DNA of 8,204 nt from Candidatus Jordarchaeales archaeon. Its GTDB lineage: Archaea; Asgardarchaeota; Jordiarchaeia; Jordiarchaeales; Freyrarchaeaceae. Below are positions 7,357-8,204 of the stretch, one piece after another (position 1 is the stretch's first letter; every line of letters starts with the position of its first letter). The notes below the pieces were generated by a model. It was given only the letters and a program-made list of their open reading frames with translations, was not told where the DNA came from and searched no databases. The position numbers and the translations under genes were made by a program. The DNA is taken from positions 1 through 8,204 of the forward strand of contig JAWCFL010000056.1 in NCBI GenBank assembly GCA_038858525.1, read 5' to 3'.

Positions 7357-7659
7357 GTGAAAGATTGTGGGAGTGAACGTCTGGTGGAGGACGTGTTGAG
7401 AACTCTTATGGATCTGGATAAGGCTAAGACCAGGTTGGAGGTCTTGAATGCCGTTCTAGATTATGGCCCTGTATCTCCATCCGAGGTCGCTGAGAAGCTT
7501 GGCTTATCACAGAACGCCGTTAACATTGCGCTTCACTACTTGTCTAAGAGCGGCATTGTTAGAAAAGTCGAGAGGGGGCTTTACGAGGCGAACTATGCTG
7601 TTTTCTGCAAAGCTTTTTTAGCTTTAGCCTTTAAGTTGAGAGATGTTGTTGGGAGGTGA
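7357..7659 (+). CDS. Small winged helix-turn-helix DNA-binding protein (wHTH-1), ~91-100 aa
   Basis: RLEVLNAVL..GPVSPSEVAEKLGLSQNAVNIALHYLSKSGIVRKVERGLY is a typical ArsR/MarR/TrmB-like wHTH. Alternative start GTG 7384 has GGGAGTGA 7 nt upstream. Confidence 0.9.
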   Translation: MKDCGSERLVEDVLRTLMDLDKAKTRLEVLNAVLDYGPVSPSEVAEKLGLSQNAVNIALHYLSKSGIVRKVERGLYEANYAVFCKAFLALAFKLRDVVGR

Positions 7660-7665
7660 AGGAAC

Positions 7666-7938
7666 GTGAGCATGCTTGGGGATAGTGTTTTGAGGCTTCG
7701 CGGGGGGAGCTTGAAGGTGCTGTCGCTTCTCTCGGTTTCAGTTAAGCCTCTTAGGCCGAGCGAGATAGCTGAGATTCTCGGTATGCCGTTGAAGGACGTT
7801 GGAAAGTACCTTGTGAGGCTCTCGGAGAAGGGGTTGGTTTCGAAGGTTGAGGTGAACGGTTCTCCCGGCTATGTCTCCAAAATAGACTTACTAGAGCTAC
7901 TTCTGGACCATGAGAGGCGTTTGAGGAATTTGGAGTAG
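7666..7938 (+). CDS. Small wHTH DNA-binding protein (wHTH-2), 90 aa, with C-terminal amphipathic/coiled-coil helix
   Basis: LKVLSLL...PLRPSEIAEILGMPLKDVGKYLVRLSEKGLVSKV; tail LLELLLDHERRLRNLE. Perfect GGAGGTGA RBS (7652-7659) 6 nt before GTG. Confidence 0.9.
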   Translation: MSMLGDSVLRLRGGSLKVLSLLSVSVKPLRPSEIAEILGMPLKDVGKYLVRLSEKGLVSKVEVNGSPGYVSKIDLLELLLDHERRLRNLE

Positions 7939-7952
7939 GCTGAGGTCTTACC

Positions 7953-8204
7953 TTGAGGGTTGAGGAGCTTGAAGGTGTCTTTGAACGCATACTGAGTATG
8001 CGGGAGAGCTCGCTGAAGGTTTTAGTTTATATTCTAGTGAAGGGGAAACGAGTTACCCCTAAGGAGATTATTGATGAGACAGGGTTAAGCCAGAATAGCG
8101 TCTGGAAAGCTGTTAGGCGGCTTGAGGCGGCAGGCGTTATAAGATCTGTTGAGAGGGGGTGTTACGAGGCGAATTATGGCTTCATACTAGCCCTGTTGCT
8201 TCTT
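7953..8204 (+). CDS. Small wHTH DNA-binding protein (wHTH-3), 3'-truncated by the window edge; absent from the ORF track
   Basis: Hand translation from TTG 7953 (GAGGT RBS at 7942-7946): MRVEELEGVFERILSMRESSLKVLVYILVKGKRVTPKEIIDETGLSQNSVWKAVRRLEAAGVIRSVERGCYEANYGFILALLLL, open to the window end. Shares GLSQN and VERGxYEANY with wHTH-1. Confidence 0.9.
   Translation, partial: MRVEELEGVFERILSMRESSLKVLVYILVKGKRVTPKEIIDETGLSQNSVWKAVRRLEAAGVIRSVERGCYEANYGFILALLLL

Larger units (their letters stand above)
7085..7363. promoter_or_regulatory. Three equally spaced bipartite inverted-repeat elements CTAT(C/T)A-N26-GTGA(T/A)AG, putative operators
   Basis: A 7085-7123 CTATCA..GTGATAG; B 7236-7274 CTATTA..GTGATAG (extends to the 9-bp perfect IR TGTTCCTAT/ATAGGAACA); C 7325-7363 CTATCA..GTGAAAG. 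Each has 27 nt between the hexamers. The repeats are seen directly; operator function is inferred. Confidence 0.6.

Noticed and set aside
7706-7977. Exact 14-bp repeat GGAGCTTGAAGGTG at 7706-7719 and 7964-7977
   Set aside because: The copies are in different reading frames at non-equivalent positions and have no integrase context. Chance or a duplication remnant is likely, and it is not supportable as an att site.
7751-7990. 79-aa minus-strand ORF
   Set aside because: Ser/Pro-rich antisense shadow of wHTH-2 and wHTH-3.

Overview
Archaeal genomic window (GGAGGTGA-type RBS, BRE/TATA promoters, many GTG/TTG starts) with three parts. (1) + strand: purM (AIR synthetase, real start 179), then 17 bp later a 686-aa NCS2/AzgA-type nucleobase permease with extra loops. 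(2) - strand: a closed three-gene operon of herA-like ATPase, nurA-like nuclease and a 306-aa unknown protein (possibly tandem winged-helix), with no mre11 or rad50 beside it. (3) A ~350-bp AT-rich divergent intergenic region followed by three tandem paralogous small winged-helix genes; the third is missing from the ORF track and runs off the window. The most striking unannotated signal is in the intergenic region: three copies of CTAT(C/T)A-N26-GTGA(T/A)AG (7085-7123, 7236-7274, 7325-7363) with identical spacing, placed on both divergent promoters. Working hypothesis (inference): a stand-alone HerA-NurA-accessory DNA-processing module (repair paralog or anti-MGE defence) regulated by a triplicated wHTH cassette. 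No tRNA, rRNA, CRISPR array, transposase or integrase was seen.
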